Positions 17,748 to 27,742 of a DNA stretch of 64,000 nucleotides are shown in pieces. Numbering within the stretch: the first letter of the stretch is position 1; every line of letters begins with the position of its first letter. The notes under the pieces are model-generated. The model saw only the letters and a list, made by a program, of their open reading frames with translations. It did not search any database and was not told the DNA's origin. The DNA is from an uncultured bacterium (GTDB lineage Bacteria > Patescibacteriota > Minisyncoccia > Phycocordibacterales > Phycocordibacteraceae). The stretch lies in the NCBI GenBank assembly GCA_947085985.1, contig CAMTYL010000003.1:298108-362107 (forward strand), in the 5' to 3' direction. Position numbers and translations under genes: made by a program.

Positions 17748-20651
17748 TTAGGACTCACAACTCTCACACACTCCACTCTCCTCTCCGGCTGCTACGCGTG
17801 CCATCTTCGCCTGCCACTCCTCTGGGCTAAATCCGCTTGGCACTCCAAGCGTTGGCGCTGCTACTGGTTTTGTAAGTTCTGGAGACTGTGACTGCTCTAC
17901 TACCGCTTCAGCCGTTGCGACTGCGTACGCAAGTGGTCCGCCTGCGGTGCGTGTGTGCGTAGCACCGTGCTCGCTTGTAGAAACTGACGCCTTCTCTACC
18001 TGTGAAGCACCGAGGGTACGGAGGTAGTAGGTGGTCTTTAGTCCCATCTGCCATGCGGTGAAGTAGGCGTCGGACAATTCGCGTCCGCTGGTACCGTTGT
18101 AGAAGATGTTCAGCGACTGTGACTGGTCAATCCACTTCGCACGGCGGGCCGCAGCTTCAATCAACCAGCGTGCATCAATCTCAAAGACTTCCTTGTACTT
18201 CTCGCGAAGGAGGAACGGAATCTCTTCAATACCCTGGATAGAACCATCCGCGTACTTGATGCGGTTCAGCATGCCCGTGTCCCACATGCCAATCTTCTTC
18301 AAGTCCTCGACGAGGTACTTGTTCACCACCACGAACTCTCCCTCCTTGTTGCTCTTTACGTAGATGTTCTTGTAGATAGGTTCTACACATGGGATACAAC
18401 CCACGAGGTTTGCGGTAGACGCCGTTGGTGCAATCGCCATGGTGTTGGAGTTGCGCATGCCGTGCTCTTTGACATGAGCGCGTACTGGCGCCCAATCTAG
18501 CTTGCCACCACGCTTCACTTCAATCTTTTCTCCACGCTCCTGCTCCAACATGTCCACGGTGTCCTGTGGGAAGAGATTGCGGTCCCACTTACTTCCCTTG
18601 TACGTCTCGTAAGTACCGCGCTCCTTTGCAAGCTCGCTGGACGCAAGGATGGTGTAGTAGGCAACGACTTCCATACTCTCGTCAGCAAAGGTGACCGCCT
18701 CTGGCGTATCAAACTGAATGCCGAGCATGTAGAGCGCGTCGTGGTAACCACGTACTCCCATACCAACAGGACGGTGGCGGGTGTTGCCGCGCTTTGCGTC
18801 CTCGGTTGGATAGAAGTTTAGGTCAATCACGTTATCCAACATGCGAATACCAATCTTGGTGTAGCGCTGCACAAGCTCGGGGTTGAAGTACGGCGCTCCA
18901 TTGTCCTCGCGGAAGCTGACAAACTTTGCGAAGTTGAGTGAGCCAATCGTACATACCGCGGTCTCGTTGTCGCTCGTGTTAAGCGTAATTTCGGTACAGA
19001 GGTTTGAGTTGTGCACGACACCCACGTGGTCCTGCGGAGAACGCACGTTGCATGGGTCCTTAAACGTAATCCATGGGTGGCCCGTCTCAAAGAGCATGCC
19101 GATCATCTTCTTCCACAGATCTGGCGCGCTGATGCGCTTTGCGTACTCAATCTCACCGCGATCAAACATTGCCTCGTACTCGTGGTAGCGCTTTTCAAAT
19201 GCTGCGCCGTAGAGGTCGTGCAAATCAGGCACATCGCTTGGAGAGAAGAGTGTCCACTCACCTCCGTCACGAACCCTCTTCATGAACAAGTCTGGAATCC
19301 AGTTTGCTGTGTTGATGTCGTGGGTGCGGCGACGCTCGTCTCCAGTGTTCTTACGAAGCTCCAGGAAGTCCTCAATATCTAGGTGCCAAGTCTCAAGGTA
19401 TACACAGCCTGCGCCTCGGCGCTTTCCTGAGCGGTTGATTGCAAGGTTTACGTCGTTCGCAATCTTTAGGAATGGCACGATGCCCTGGCTTGGTACGCCG
19501 GTCCCCTTAATGAATGAACCGGTAGAGCGCACACGGGTCCAGTCGGTTCCGGTTCCTCCTGACCACTTCAGGTACTGCGCGTTGTCAGACACCGACTTGA
19601 AGATACCGTCTAGTGAGTCTGGCACCGTGTTTAGGAAACAGTTAGAAAGCTGTGCCTTTGCAGCACCTGCCTGGAAGAGTGTGCGACCACCCGGTGTGTA
19701 GTAGAAGTTGGAAAGCGCATCATAGAACTCAAGCGCAACTTCCTCGCGGTCCTCTGGCTTCTCCGCAATCGCAAGTCCCATCGCGATGCGCATCCAAAGC
19801 ATCTGCGGGGTCTCAAGCGGTTTCTTTGCCTTCACGTCCTCCATGCAGTAGCGACTGCCCATGATTTCAAGACCCATGTACTCAAACAGGTGGTCGTTCT
19901 CAATCTTGAGCGCTGCGCCCATCTTTGCGTAGTCGTACTCGGCCATACGCGGGTCTAGGTTGCCCTCCTCTACCAAACGCTTCATGTTCTTCTCGAACAC
20001 TTTTGTGTGCTCTTCTACCAATTGCTTCTTATCAAATCCTTCACCGAAGACTTCGCTGTAGATTTTGTTCAACAACAGGCGCGCTGCAAGCTTTGAGTAT
20101 GCAGGGTCGCGCTCAATCATAGAACGCACCACCATGATGAGTGCCTTCTGCACTTCGTCGGTGCTCATGCCCTCGTACAACTCGTACTTCAACTGAGACA
20201 CAATGTGCTCTACATCCACCGCATCCGTACCAATCTCAGTCACTAGGTGCTGGATAGTCTGGCGCACACGGTCCTCGCGGAACGGTTCTAGCTTCCCAGA
20301 GCGGGTCATCACCTTAAGCGCGTTCTCCTCAATCTTCTCTAGCACCTCCTGCTTCTTCTCTTCGCGAATCTTGGTGTGTTCGTAGCGGTAGACAATGTAG
20401 TGCTTGGCCACCGTCATGTAGTTCGCTTCCATGAGCGCTACTTCCACCAAGTCCTGCACCATTTCCACCGATGGTACGGCATCCTCGCCGTACTTTGCCT
20501 CCAAAATAGCAAGCACGCCCATGGTGAGCGCGTGGAGTCCCTCTTCGGTTATCGCTACGTCGCAGCTATGGAAAGCTTTACGCAGAGCATCAGTAATTTT
20601 TGTCGTCTCAAAGTCAACAATGCTCCCGTTTCGCTTCTTAATCTGCTTCAT
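17748..20651 (-). CDS. nrdA: Ribonucleotide reductase class I alpha subunit with tandem ATP-cones
   Basis: IKKRNG ATP-cone, SNLCTEI, APTAS, KTTYYLR and C-terminal CESC. Confidence 0.97.
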   Translation of the reverse strand: MKQIKKRNGSIVDFETTKITDALRKAFHSCDVAITEEGLHALTMGVLAILEAKYGEDAVPSVEMVQDLVEVALMEANYMTVAKHYIVYRYEHTKIREEKKQEVLEKIEENALKVMTRSGKLEPFREDRVRQTIQHLVTEIGTDAVDVEHIVSQLKYELYEGMSTDEVQKALIMVVRSMIERDPAYSKLAARLLLNKIYSEVFGEGFDKKQLVEEHTKVFEKNMKRLVEEGNLDPRMAEYDYAKMGAALKIENDHLFEYMGLEIMGSRYCMEDVKAKKPLETPQMLWMRIAMGLAIAEKPEDREEVALEFYDALSNFYYTPGGRTLFQAGAAKAQLSNCFLNTVPDSLDGIFKSVSDNAQYLKWSGGTGTDWTRVRSTGSFIKGTGVPSQGIVPFLKIANDVNLAINRSGKRRGAGCVYLETWHLDIEDFLELRKNTGDERRRTHDINTANWIPDLFMKRVRDGGEWTLFSPSDVPDLHDLYGAAFEKRYHEYEAMFDRGEIEYAKRISAPDLWKKMIGMLFETGHPWITFKDPCNVRSPQDHVGVVHNSNLCTEITLNTSDNETAVCTIGSLNFAKFVSFREDNGAPYFNPELVQRYTKIGIRMLDNVIDLNFYPTEDAKRGNTRHRPVGMGVRGYHDALYMLGIQFDTPEAVTFADESMEVVAYYTILASSELAKERGTYETYKGSKWDRNLFPQDTVDMLEQERGEKIEVKRGGKLDWAPVRAHVKEHGMRNSNTMAIAPTASTANLVGCIPCVEPIYKNIYVKSNKEGEFVVVNKYLVEDLKKIGMWDTGMLNRIKYADGSIQGIEEIPFLLREKYKEVFEIDARWLIEAAARRAKWIDQSQSLNIFYNGTSGRELSDAYFTAWQMGLKTTYYLRTLGASQVEKASVSTSEHGATHTRTAGGPLAYAVATAEAVVEQSQSPELTKPVAAPTLGVPSGFSPEEWQAKMARVAAGEESGVCESCES

Positions 20652-20825
20652 AGAGGTATCCCGTAGGTTACTTTTTAATAATTAAGCCTTGACGTGCATG
20701 TCAGCAGGAAGCAGTGCTTCAATTCGAGCTGCCTTCCGGGCACCGTAGTGCTGGCGGGCGCACTTTCTCGACTGCATACGGCTATCGGTACTCCTCTATG
20801 GTACCCCCGTTTCCCGGATACTCCT

Positions 20826-20834
20826 TGTGGATAA
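20826..20834 (-). promoter_or_regulatory. Consensus DnaA box upstream of nrdA
   Basis: TTATCCACA on the minus strand. Confidence 0.55.
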
Positions 20835-20963
20835 AATACCAGAGAACAGTCCCGAGAGACCGCAAGGAACAGATAGAAATTGAGCCTGTATTTGTATAAA
20901 AATCCACACCCGGGAGCAGCAAGCCGCTCCCGGGTGTTCTTGGTTTAGGCTACTGCCCCGGAC

Positions 20964-21524
20964 TCAGAGAGAGTCCTCGTAAACGATAATATGGTCTGTC
21001 TCCTCGAGCTCGTCCGTGTCACCAGCATCCCACCGGGACCGATGGATACTGGTGCTTCTGGTAAGGCCGAATACTTTTTTGTCGTGTCGAGTAGACAGGA
21101 AGATGACCCAGCTCTCGCCCTGTTTCCGGAGGCACCAGTCGCTGGGAACGAAGCGAGGGTTATCCGCAAGGAATTTCAGCACTTCTTCCGGAGGATGGGC
21201 TTCCGGTTTGAAGTACGCAGCCAGGTCTGCATACGTCTTCACGTCCTTCAGATCACTGCACTGCAGCACACCAAGCCGACGGCCGTCGTGCCAGAGATTG
21301 TTGCCCCGGCGCATAACGGTAGAACTGCCAGAGCCTTCCACAGTCGGCAACGTGTGGGCCGTATCAACAACGATGGCCTGCCCCGTGACGAGTTTGTGCA
21401 GGTCGACCCACAGATTGGCGTGGCCTGCGAGCCACGCGAGCTCGTGTTGCTGGAAACCAGCCTCCGTCATCAGCGCCTTAAACGCACTAATGTCGTCGGC
21501 CTCAAACGTCAGTGTGTCTCTCAT
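20964..21524 (-). CDS. Hypothetical protein, paralog of 32649-33218
   Basis: SD GAAAGGA; VLKFLADNPRFVPSDW motif. Confidence 0.7.
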   Translation of the reverse strand: MRDTLTFEADDISAFKALMTEAGFQQHELAWLAGHANLWVDLHKLVTGQAIVVDTAHTLPTVEGSGSSTVMRRGNNLWHDGRRLGVLQCSDLKDVKTYADLAAYFKPEAHPPEEVLKFLADNPRFVPSDWCLRKQGESWVIFLSTRHDKKVFGLTRSTSIHRSRWDAGDTDELEETDHIIVYEDSL

Positions 21525-21655
21525 GCCAGATATCCTTTCGGTTCTGTGATTGGTCCAAATGTACAGTGCCATAAAAATGCAGTGTAATCAACAACGGCTG
21601 AAAAATCGCACCCGGAGCGGTTTCGCTCCGGGTGTTGTTCTGGCGACTTGTTGCG

Positions 21656-22216
21656 TTAGGCCACGATACGCTCTTGGTGCCAGCTTTCGCTGACTTCTTC
21701 CAGCGATATAGCAATCCGTCGCAGGTCGCGGACCTTGTTGGCTACGTCGTCTGCAAAGGATTGCACCCGATTGCCATGGTCCTTCACACTTTCGCTGACC
21801 ACCCACGCGAGCGACTTGTCGGGGCTAGCTTGATAGTACTTATGGCGACCAGGGAACGTGTAGCGGGGTTGAACGACATCGGCCCCCCAACGCTCAATAA
21901 CACCAACAAGCCGGCCGCATGCCGAGGAGAATTCTTCTCCCGGCCGCCCCTGCAGAAGCTGGTACAGGCCCGCCACTGCCCGCACATCGTCTGCATCCCT
22001 GGATTCTAGGAACCACGAGTGTGTGACCCCCCAGATGCCGAGGATGATTTGATGTATAGGCCCATTGACGTTGGTCTTCCATGAGTTGACCACCGTCATA
22101 CTCTCGAGCTCAGGCTCCAGTCGGTTACGCCCCAGAATCTGCATGGCGCCGGCCGCAAAGCCAACGCTCAGCAATTCAAACGCGGGAATGGGCCCGCGCA
22201 GTCGGTCCTCATTCAT
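21656..22216 (-). CDS. Hypothetical protein
   Basis: 186-aa ORF with SD GGAG and its own downstream hairpin. Confidence 0.65.
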   Translation of the reverse strand: MNEDRLRGPIPAFELLSVGFAAGAMQILGRNRLEPELESMTVVNSWKTNVNGPIHQIILGIWGVTHSWFLESRDADDVRAVAGLYQLLQGRPGEEFSSACGRLVGVIERWGADVVQPRYTFPGRHKYYQASPDKSLAWVVSESVKDHGNRVQSFADDVANKVRDLRRIAISLEEVSESWHQERIVA

Positions 22217-22298
22217 GACTTAGGATCTCCGTACGAGCGTTCACTGCGAACGCTCCCCGTTCACACGGTATATCGCGGGACCTTGATACGCAACAACG

Positions 22299-22898
22299 CT
22301 AGTGCGTGTTGGTCTGTAGCATCGCCTTCTCTATCCCACCCTCCACAAACGTACGGATAGACTGTGCGGACGCCTTCAGTGATTTCTTTAGTACCGGCTC
22401 CTCCGCAGGAGAAAACTTTCCAATCACGTGCTTCACTACTTTCTCTTCGCCGTTTGGCTTCTTGGTCTTTCCTTTTGGTGTTTGTCCTGAAATACCAATC
22501 TTTAGCTGCGCAAACTCCTTGGTCTTGAGCGCGCGCATAATACTCTCCACGCCCTTGTGTCCACCGCTCCCGCGCCCATGCACGGTCATTTTGAGTGTAC
22601 CGAGCGGCAAATCTAAATCGTCGCGTACCACCAGCAAGTTCTTTGCAGCCTTTACACTTTTTACAAACGCGGGCGCTGCTTTGCCAGAGAGGTTCATAGA
22701 CACTTCAGGAATGACGAGCGTCACCTTCTCCCCCGCAATTTCGCCCACCGACACGCTCGCATGTGCGAGTTTCTTTAGTTTAAAATCTGCAAACCCGTCC
22801 TCGTTTGCAAGAAGTTCAAGCGCCATACGCCCTGCGTTATGGCGGGTCTTTGCATACTCGGGGCCAGGATTGCCCAGTCCTATAATTACGTAAGCCAT
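22299..22898 (-). CDS. pth: Peptidyl-tRNA hydrolase
   Basis: GLGNPG..Y..TRHNAG, MNLSG, DDLDLP and GGHKG. Confidence 0.96.
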   Translation of the reverse strand: MAYVIIGLGNPGPEYAKTRHNAGRMALELLANEDGFADFKLKKLAHASVSVGEIAGEKVTLVIPEVSMNLSGKAAPAFVKSVKAAKNLLVVRDDLDLPLGTLKMTVHGRGSGGHKGVESIMRALKTKEFAQLKIGISGQTPKGKTKKPNGEEKVVKHVIGKFSPAEEPVLKKSLKASAQSIRTFVEGGIEKAMLQTNTH

Positions 22899-23638
22899 GT
22901 CTTGATTGTATCAGTCACTTCCTGGTCGCGCGTATAGAAGGTGTGATTGGCCTTTTTAATAACCACACTCGTGCCCTGAACAAATCCCTTTGCGAAGCGC
23001 TGTAGTGCAGTGGTTGTGCCTACAAAACTATCGGCCCCCGCAATTACCACAAGAACGGGCACAGTTATAAGCGCTGACTGCTTTCGAACGTCGTAGCGCA
23101 TGAAATCTATAAGCCAGGTCCGCTTCAGTGGAAGTGATGCGCCTTCGGGACCGGGAGTTTTATGCTTATTGAAAATTAACCACCACAAACCGTACGGCAA
23201 AAATACTTTAGCGTAGAGCTGCCAGTTCACCGCAGGAGCTAAAAGCATCAGTCGGCTGACTTTTTCGGGATACATCCCCGCATATTCAGACGCGACCGTG
23301 GCCCCCAAGCTGTGTCCGGCAAGCAGCACTGAGTCTTCGTACCACCCCTCTTGTTGTGCATACACCAGCACGTCTTCCAGGTCTTCCAAATATCCGGTAG
23401 TGGTACTGCCTGCAAAATCTGCATCAGGAGCTTTTGCACCATCTGCCGCATCAAACGTTAGAGCGGTGTAGCCTGTGGCCACTGCGCCGTTTGCAACAGC
23501 CACAACTACGTACTGATCCTTCCATCCGCCCAGACCATGAAGCACAACCACCAAACCCTTGGAGGTGTCGGGCACACGAACCGTCGCGGGCATGCGTTTG
23601 CCGCGTCTATTTAAAATTACCAACTCGCGCGTTTCCAT
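22886..23638 (-). CDS. Alpha/beta fold hydrolase
   Basis: LHGLGG, GHSLG and ANHTF. Confidence 0.88.
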   Translation of the reverse strand: METRELVILNRRGKRMPATVRVPDTSKGLVVVLHGLGGWKDQYVVVAVANGAVATGYTALTFDAADGAKAPDADFAGSTTTGYLEDLEDVLVYAQQEGWYEDSVLLAGHSLGATVASEYAGMYPEKVSRLMLLAPAVNWQLYAKVFLPYGLWWLIFNKHKTPGPEGASLPLKRTWLIDFMRYDVRKQSALITVPVLVVIAGADSFVGTTTALQRFAKGFVQGTSVVIKKANHTFYTRDQEVTDTIKTWLT

Positions 23639-23661
23639 ACGCGCATAGTACAGTACGCGCT

Positions 23662-23973
23662 CTATAGCTTCGCCATCGCCTCGGCAAACTCAGCCTCTGT
23701 TGCTACAGGACCCTCAAGTTCTTCACTCGGATTGTCTTGCCAATATTCAAGTGAAAGCATATTGCGACGAGTAAGACGCTCAGCCAAATCAAAGTCACCC
23801 TCCGCTACCGTGTCTACAAAGTAGGCCACACCGCCTGCGAAGATGTCCTCGGCTTCTTTTATCTCTCCGTCTTCACTATCGTGGATACACACAGGCCCGT
23901 ACGACGTCTCAAACGCAATTTCGTCTGCGTGTTCGCCCACAAACGGCATGCCACAGGTTATGCAGGAATTCAT
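23662..23973 (-). CDS. Putative zinc-ribbon domain protein
   Basis: CITCGMP...C.H and a C-terminal L.YW. Confidence 0.6.
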   Translation of the reverse strand: MNSCITCGMPFVGEHADEIAFETSYGPVCIHDSEDGEIKEAEDIFAGGVAYFVDTVAEGDFDLAERLTRRNMLSLEYWQDNPSEELEGPVATEAEFAEAMAKL

Positions 23974-24003
23974 ATCTTTTAGTATATCAAGTTCCTAATA
24001 CTG

Positions 24004-24654
24004 CTATCCAATAGTCCCTCTACTAAACAAACCCGGCACAATGCGAGTAAAGAAACTCGCGAAGTAGTCGGAATCCGACACACGAGCGACCACCACAGAC
24101 TTCTCTGTGTCCGCACCCTTAGCCGTAGCAGCCACGGGGCGTATTACAATAAACTTTTGCTTCCAGGCCTTCTTGAAGTCAGCGATGCTGAGCTTCTTTC
24201 CTGCTCCTGCAGTGGCAGGGTCGTTGTAATACACGTGCGTCTTATCCATACCCACTATCACCACCAAGTGAGGAATGGGGTTGGTTGGCTCAAATTTGTA
24301 GTGCACCGACGCAATAACGGGGCCCGTCTTCAGCTGTGTGGTGAACGCACTAAACGCCGCACTCTGGGACGACCTCGTCATGTCGTATGCTTGCCCCTTC
24401 ATGCCGTACTTGGTAGCGAGGTCAATTAATCCCTTATGCGTCCAGCCCGCACTTTGCAAATACGCGCCCGACTTGAGCGCTTGCGACAGCATCGTGTCTA
24501 CAGAAATTTCTTTAGTGGAGTAGTAATCAACTACCATCGCGATGGACACAACCCCACACGCATTCTTCTTCCACTCTACTGCCGAAACGTCGGTGAATTG
24601 TGAGTAATACGGTACGTGAGCGACAGGAACTTCTACGGGAAGTGCTGGTATCAT
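24004..24654 (-). CDS. C39-like cysteine peptidase
   Basis: VPYYSQ, ACG, HLVVIVG and YNDP. Confidence 0.85.
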   Translation of the reverse strand: MIPALPVEVPVAHVPYYSQFTDVSAVEWKKNACGVVSIAMVVDYYSTKEISVDTMLSQALKSGAYLQSAGWTHKGLIDLATKYGMKGQAYDMTRSSQSAAFSAFTTQLKTGPVIASVHYKFEPTNPIPHLVVIVGMDKTHVYYNDPATAGAGKKLSIADFKKAWKQKFIVIRPVAATAKGADTEKSVVVARVSDSDYFASFFTRIVPGLFSRGTIG

Positions 24655-24705
24655 TCGCTGATTTTCCCACTGAAAAACAGCAGTGTCAATGACTTCGACT
24701 CATCA

Positions 24706-25551
24706 CTACTCTTGCACAATCACTACCGTTCCAATGTCCGCCCACTCGTAGAGTTTCCTTGCTGCTTGCGGAGGAACGTTTACACATCCGTGCGACCACG
24801 GCTGTCCAAAACTATTGTGCCAGTACGCGCCATGTATCACCGCGCCATCATATGTGAAGTACAAATTCCATGGCACACCGGGCAGGTCGTACACCTGGCT
24901 GCTGACGCCAGGAAGTGGCCCCTGCATGTAGCGACTTGGGGTCTTTCTAAATACTTCAAAAGTGCCCGGTGGGGTCGGAGTGAGTTCTAGCCCTGTTGAA
25001 ATCGGCTCACTCATAAACACCGTGTCGTTGTCGTACGCATACAGCATCTCCTCGGTGAGACTTATGTATATTTGCTTTTGCGTCGGCGGCGACCCTTTGT
25101 CCAAATCTATATCGCCCTCGTCGTATAAAAGCTCTACTGCGTCCGCGTACACATACCAATCACTCGTAACGCGCTCAGGGAAGCGGACGTGCTCGTCCAT
25201 CAAAATTTTGTACCAATCCTGCCCGTCCACGGTCACCGTCCCCGCAACGCGAAGCACGACGCCCGTACGTAGGCGCTCCACCACACTCGCCTCCTTACTT
25301 GGAGCGGAGCGCATATTCACACAAGTGCCCTCGTACGCGTGATTACAGCCCTCTTTCACTTCCATGTAGGCGACCCCAGAAACAGGAACAAGCGCCACGG
25401 CCGTAGAGGACGCCTGCTCGCCAGGAAGCGCTGCAATTGGCTCGTTATTTGTCTTTGGACCAAGCAACCACACAGAAATAAGTGCAATTAAGACGACCAC
25501 GAGCACTCCCGCTATGGCGTATGGAAGGCGATATTTTCCTACGTTATGCAT
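24706..25551 (-). CDS. L,D-transpeptidase with SH3b-like domain
   Basis: IHGAYWH..FGQPWSHGCVN, VNMRSAPS and an N-terminal TM segment. Confidence 0.92.
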   Translation of the reverse strand: MHNVGKYRLPYAIAGVLVVVLIALISVWLLGPKTNNEPIAALPGEQASSTAVALVPVSGVAYMEVKEGCNHAYEGTCVNMRSAPSKEASVVERLRTGVVLRVAGTVTVDGQDWYKILMDEHVRFPERVTSDWYVYADAVELLYDEGDIDLDKGSPPTQKQIYISLTEEMLYAYDNDTVFMSEPISTGLELTPTPPGTFEVFRKTPSRYMQGPLPGVSSQVYDLPGVPWNLYFTYDGAVIHGAYWHNSFGQPWSHGCVNVPPQAARKLYEWADIGTVVIVQE

Positions 25552-25737
25552 GGGCGCAGTGTATGCGCATCTAGCAAATGCACAACCATACGGAATACCC
25601 ACACGAAAACTTCCCCTCCACCTGAGCGAGTGTGTTTGGTCAGAAACGCTACATCGCAAGCAGCCACAGAACAGAGTTTGATTTGTATTTCTCTCTGGAG
25701 CGAGCAATGTTTTAAATAAAGGACTTCCCTCTTTTGC

Positions 25738-25914
25738 CTCTGGAGCGAGCTTGTGAAGAGAAATGCGCTAAACCCGAAGCAGTCAATACGATACCGAGTC
25801 TGCAAGAAAAATTATTTTAGCGAAGCGCTCGTAATTTTTCGCAGAAAGACGAGCATATCGTATGACGCTCTGAGGGCCGGGCTGCGCATTTTCTCAACAA
25901 GCGAGCGCGCCAGA
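25738..25914. repeat. ~175-bp long-hairpin element, copy 1
   Basis: Imperfect palindrome whose ends are homologous (inverted) to 32368-32543. Confidence 0.75.
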
Positions 25915-26006
25915 AATTCTTATGAGCGCAAGTGAATTAGAATTTCAAGTACTCCTGGGGTGAAAATTTGACGTGCGAGTTGAGAAGAATACAATACAAC
26001 TATCTT

Positions 26007-26561
26007 ATGAAGTTCTTCGGTGGCGCAGTACGAGAAATTCTTACCTTCGTCGTACTGGCCGTGGTCATCGTCGTCCCGATTCGCTTCTTTATTGCGCAGC
26101 CGTTTGTTGTTGAAGGTGATTCAATGCATCCGACGTTTGAAGGAGGCGATTATTTGGTCGTAGATCAGCTCAGCTACCACTTGGGCGACCCAAAGCGAGG
26201 CGATGTGGTGATATTCCGCTACCCAGGAGACCCGTCAGTCTTCTATATTAAGCGCATCATTGGCCTTCCCGGAGAAACCGTGAATGTTGACCGCGGTCGC
26301 ACGAGTATCACCAAGGCTGACGGAAGCACCGTTGTGCTGAAAGAAACGTATGTGATTGCAGAAGACGCTACCTACACCGTCACCACCAACCTCGGCGAGG
26401 ACGAGTTCTTTGTGATGGGCGACAACCGCCCACGCAGCTCGGACTCTCGTGTGTGGGGCGCGCTTCCGCGTCACGACGTGGTGGGTCGCGCCTTTATTCG
26501 CCTTTTGCCTACTGCTCACGCAAGCATTCTTCCAGGCTCACTCAAAGAAGACACGATATGA
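26007..26561 (+). CDS. lepB: Signal peptidase I
   Basis: G.SM.PT, IKRIIGLPG and GDNR..S.DSR.WG. Confidence 0.96.
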   Translation: MKFFGGAVREILTFVVLAVVIVVPIRFFIAQPFVVEGDSMHPTFEGGDYLVVDQLSYHLGDPKRGDVVIFRYPGDPSVFYIKRIIGLPGETVNVDRGRTSITKADGSTVVLKETYVIAEDATYTVTTNLGEDEFFVMGDNRPRSSDSRVWGALPRHDVVGRAFIRLLPTAHASILPGSLKEDTI

Positions 26562-27715
26562 GTACCCTCGTTCACAAACCAGACGACATCCTGAAGCGCG
26601 CGCACGCCATTGGCACCTACTACGGCTTTCGTCCCCTTGCAGCACTTGCACACGAGAAGCGTGGCCAGGGCACCAAAAGTCCGTATCCAGAATCGCTTGA
26701 CGTTGACTCGCTTGATGCAGCCGCACGTGAAATGGCAGGCCTCCTAAAGCATGTGCGTGACGCGGGCCTTGACCCTAACGTGCGCGAGCCACTGTTTCTT
26801 TGGCACACTAACGCAGCACCAGGGCGCGCTGCACCAAAGCAGGTAATTGTGCAGTTCCATGTGCTTGGCGTTGAACACGCTATTGCGGACGCGGTACTCA
26901 TTCGCGCAGTACGTGCGCTTATGCAGGACCTTACCAAGTCTGACCCGCTCCTTCGTCTAAACAGTATGGGCGACAAGGAGACGCGTTCTCGTTTTGCGCG
27001 CGAGCTCGGCACCTTCTTCCGCAAGCACGGCGCTACTTTGCCACCCGAGTGCATAGACTGCGCAAAGACTGATGTGTTCACGGCTGCTGAGAAACTCGCC
27101 TGCATGAAGAGTGAGTGCTCACTGCTTCCTTCTCCAACCGACCACCTCTCTGAAGCCAGCCGCAAACACTTTGAGTCAGTGCTTGAGTACCTAGAAACAA
27201 CGGACACCCCGTACCAGCTGGCACCAGAACTTCTCTCTCGCGGAGCATCGTGGAGCGACACGTGTTTTGAACTCTCCAGTGATGGCGGGCATCGCGGTGT
27301 TGAGGTATGGGGCTCGCGCTATGGCGAGTTTACCAAGCACTTCTTCAAGTCAGCCGTGCCGTCAGTGGGCGCCGTCATGCGCTTCACCACTGAAACGCGC
27401 GAAGTAATCCCTGCAATAAAGGAAAAGACGTCTCCTCGCTTTGTGTTTGTGCACATTGGCGACGAAGCCAAGCGCGAAAGTATGAAGATGGCGGACGATT
27501 TGCGCCGAGCTCGTATTCCGCTCACCCAGTCCATTGGTATTGCTTCACTCACCGAACAAATGCGCTACGTGGACATGATGAATCCGCCGTACCTCCTTAT
27601 TATGGGTCGCAAGGAAGCCCTCGAGCGCTCCGTCATTTTGCGCGAACGTTCCAGCTACACCGAGTCAGTGATTCCGCTCGACAGCCTCATTGAGCGATTG
27701 CGCGCTGTTGCATAA
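26558..27715 (+). CDS. Degenerate histidyl-tRNA synthetase paralog with HGTP anticodon-binding domain
   Basis: LNSMGD, HFE.VLEYL, L.RG..., SRY and a C-terminal HGTP fold; catalytic motifs eroded. Confidence 0.75.
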   Translation: MSTLVHKPDDILKRAHAIGTYYGFRPLAALAHEKRGQGTKSPYPESLDVDSLDAAAREMAGLLKHVRDAGLDPNVREPLFLWHTNAAPGRAAPKQVIVQFHVLGVEHAIADAVLIRAVRALMQDLTKSDPLLRLNSMGDKETRSRFARELGTFFRKHGATLPPECIDCAKTDVFTAAEKLACMKSECSLLPSPTDHLSEASRKHFESVLEYLETTDTPYQLAPELLSRGASWSDTCFELSSDGGHRGVEVWGSRYGEFTKHFFKSAVPSVGAVMRFTTETREVIPAIKEKTSPRFVFVHIGDEAKRESMKMADDLRRARIPLTQSIGIASLTEQMRYVDMMNPPYLLIMGRKEALERSVILRERSSYTESVIPLDSLIERLRAVA

Positions 27716-27742
27716 AGACCTCCACGTCGAGGTCTGTCTGCA

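Noticed and set aside
27716-27735. AGACCTC-CACGTC-GAGGTCT palindrome as a REP
   Set aside because: It is a single copy between convergent genes and cannot be distinguished from a terminator hairpin.
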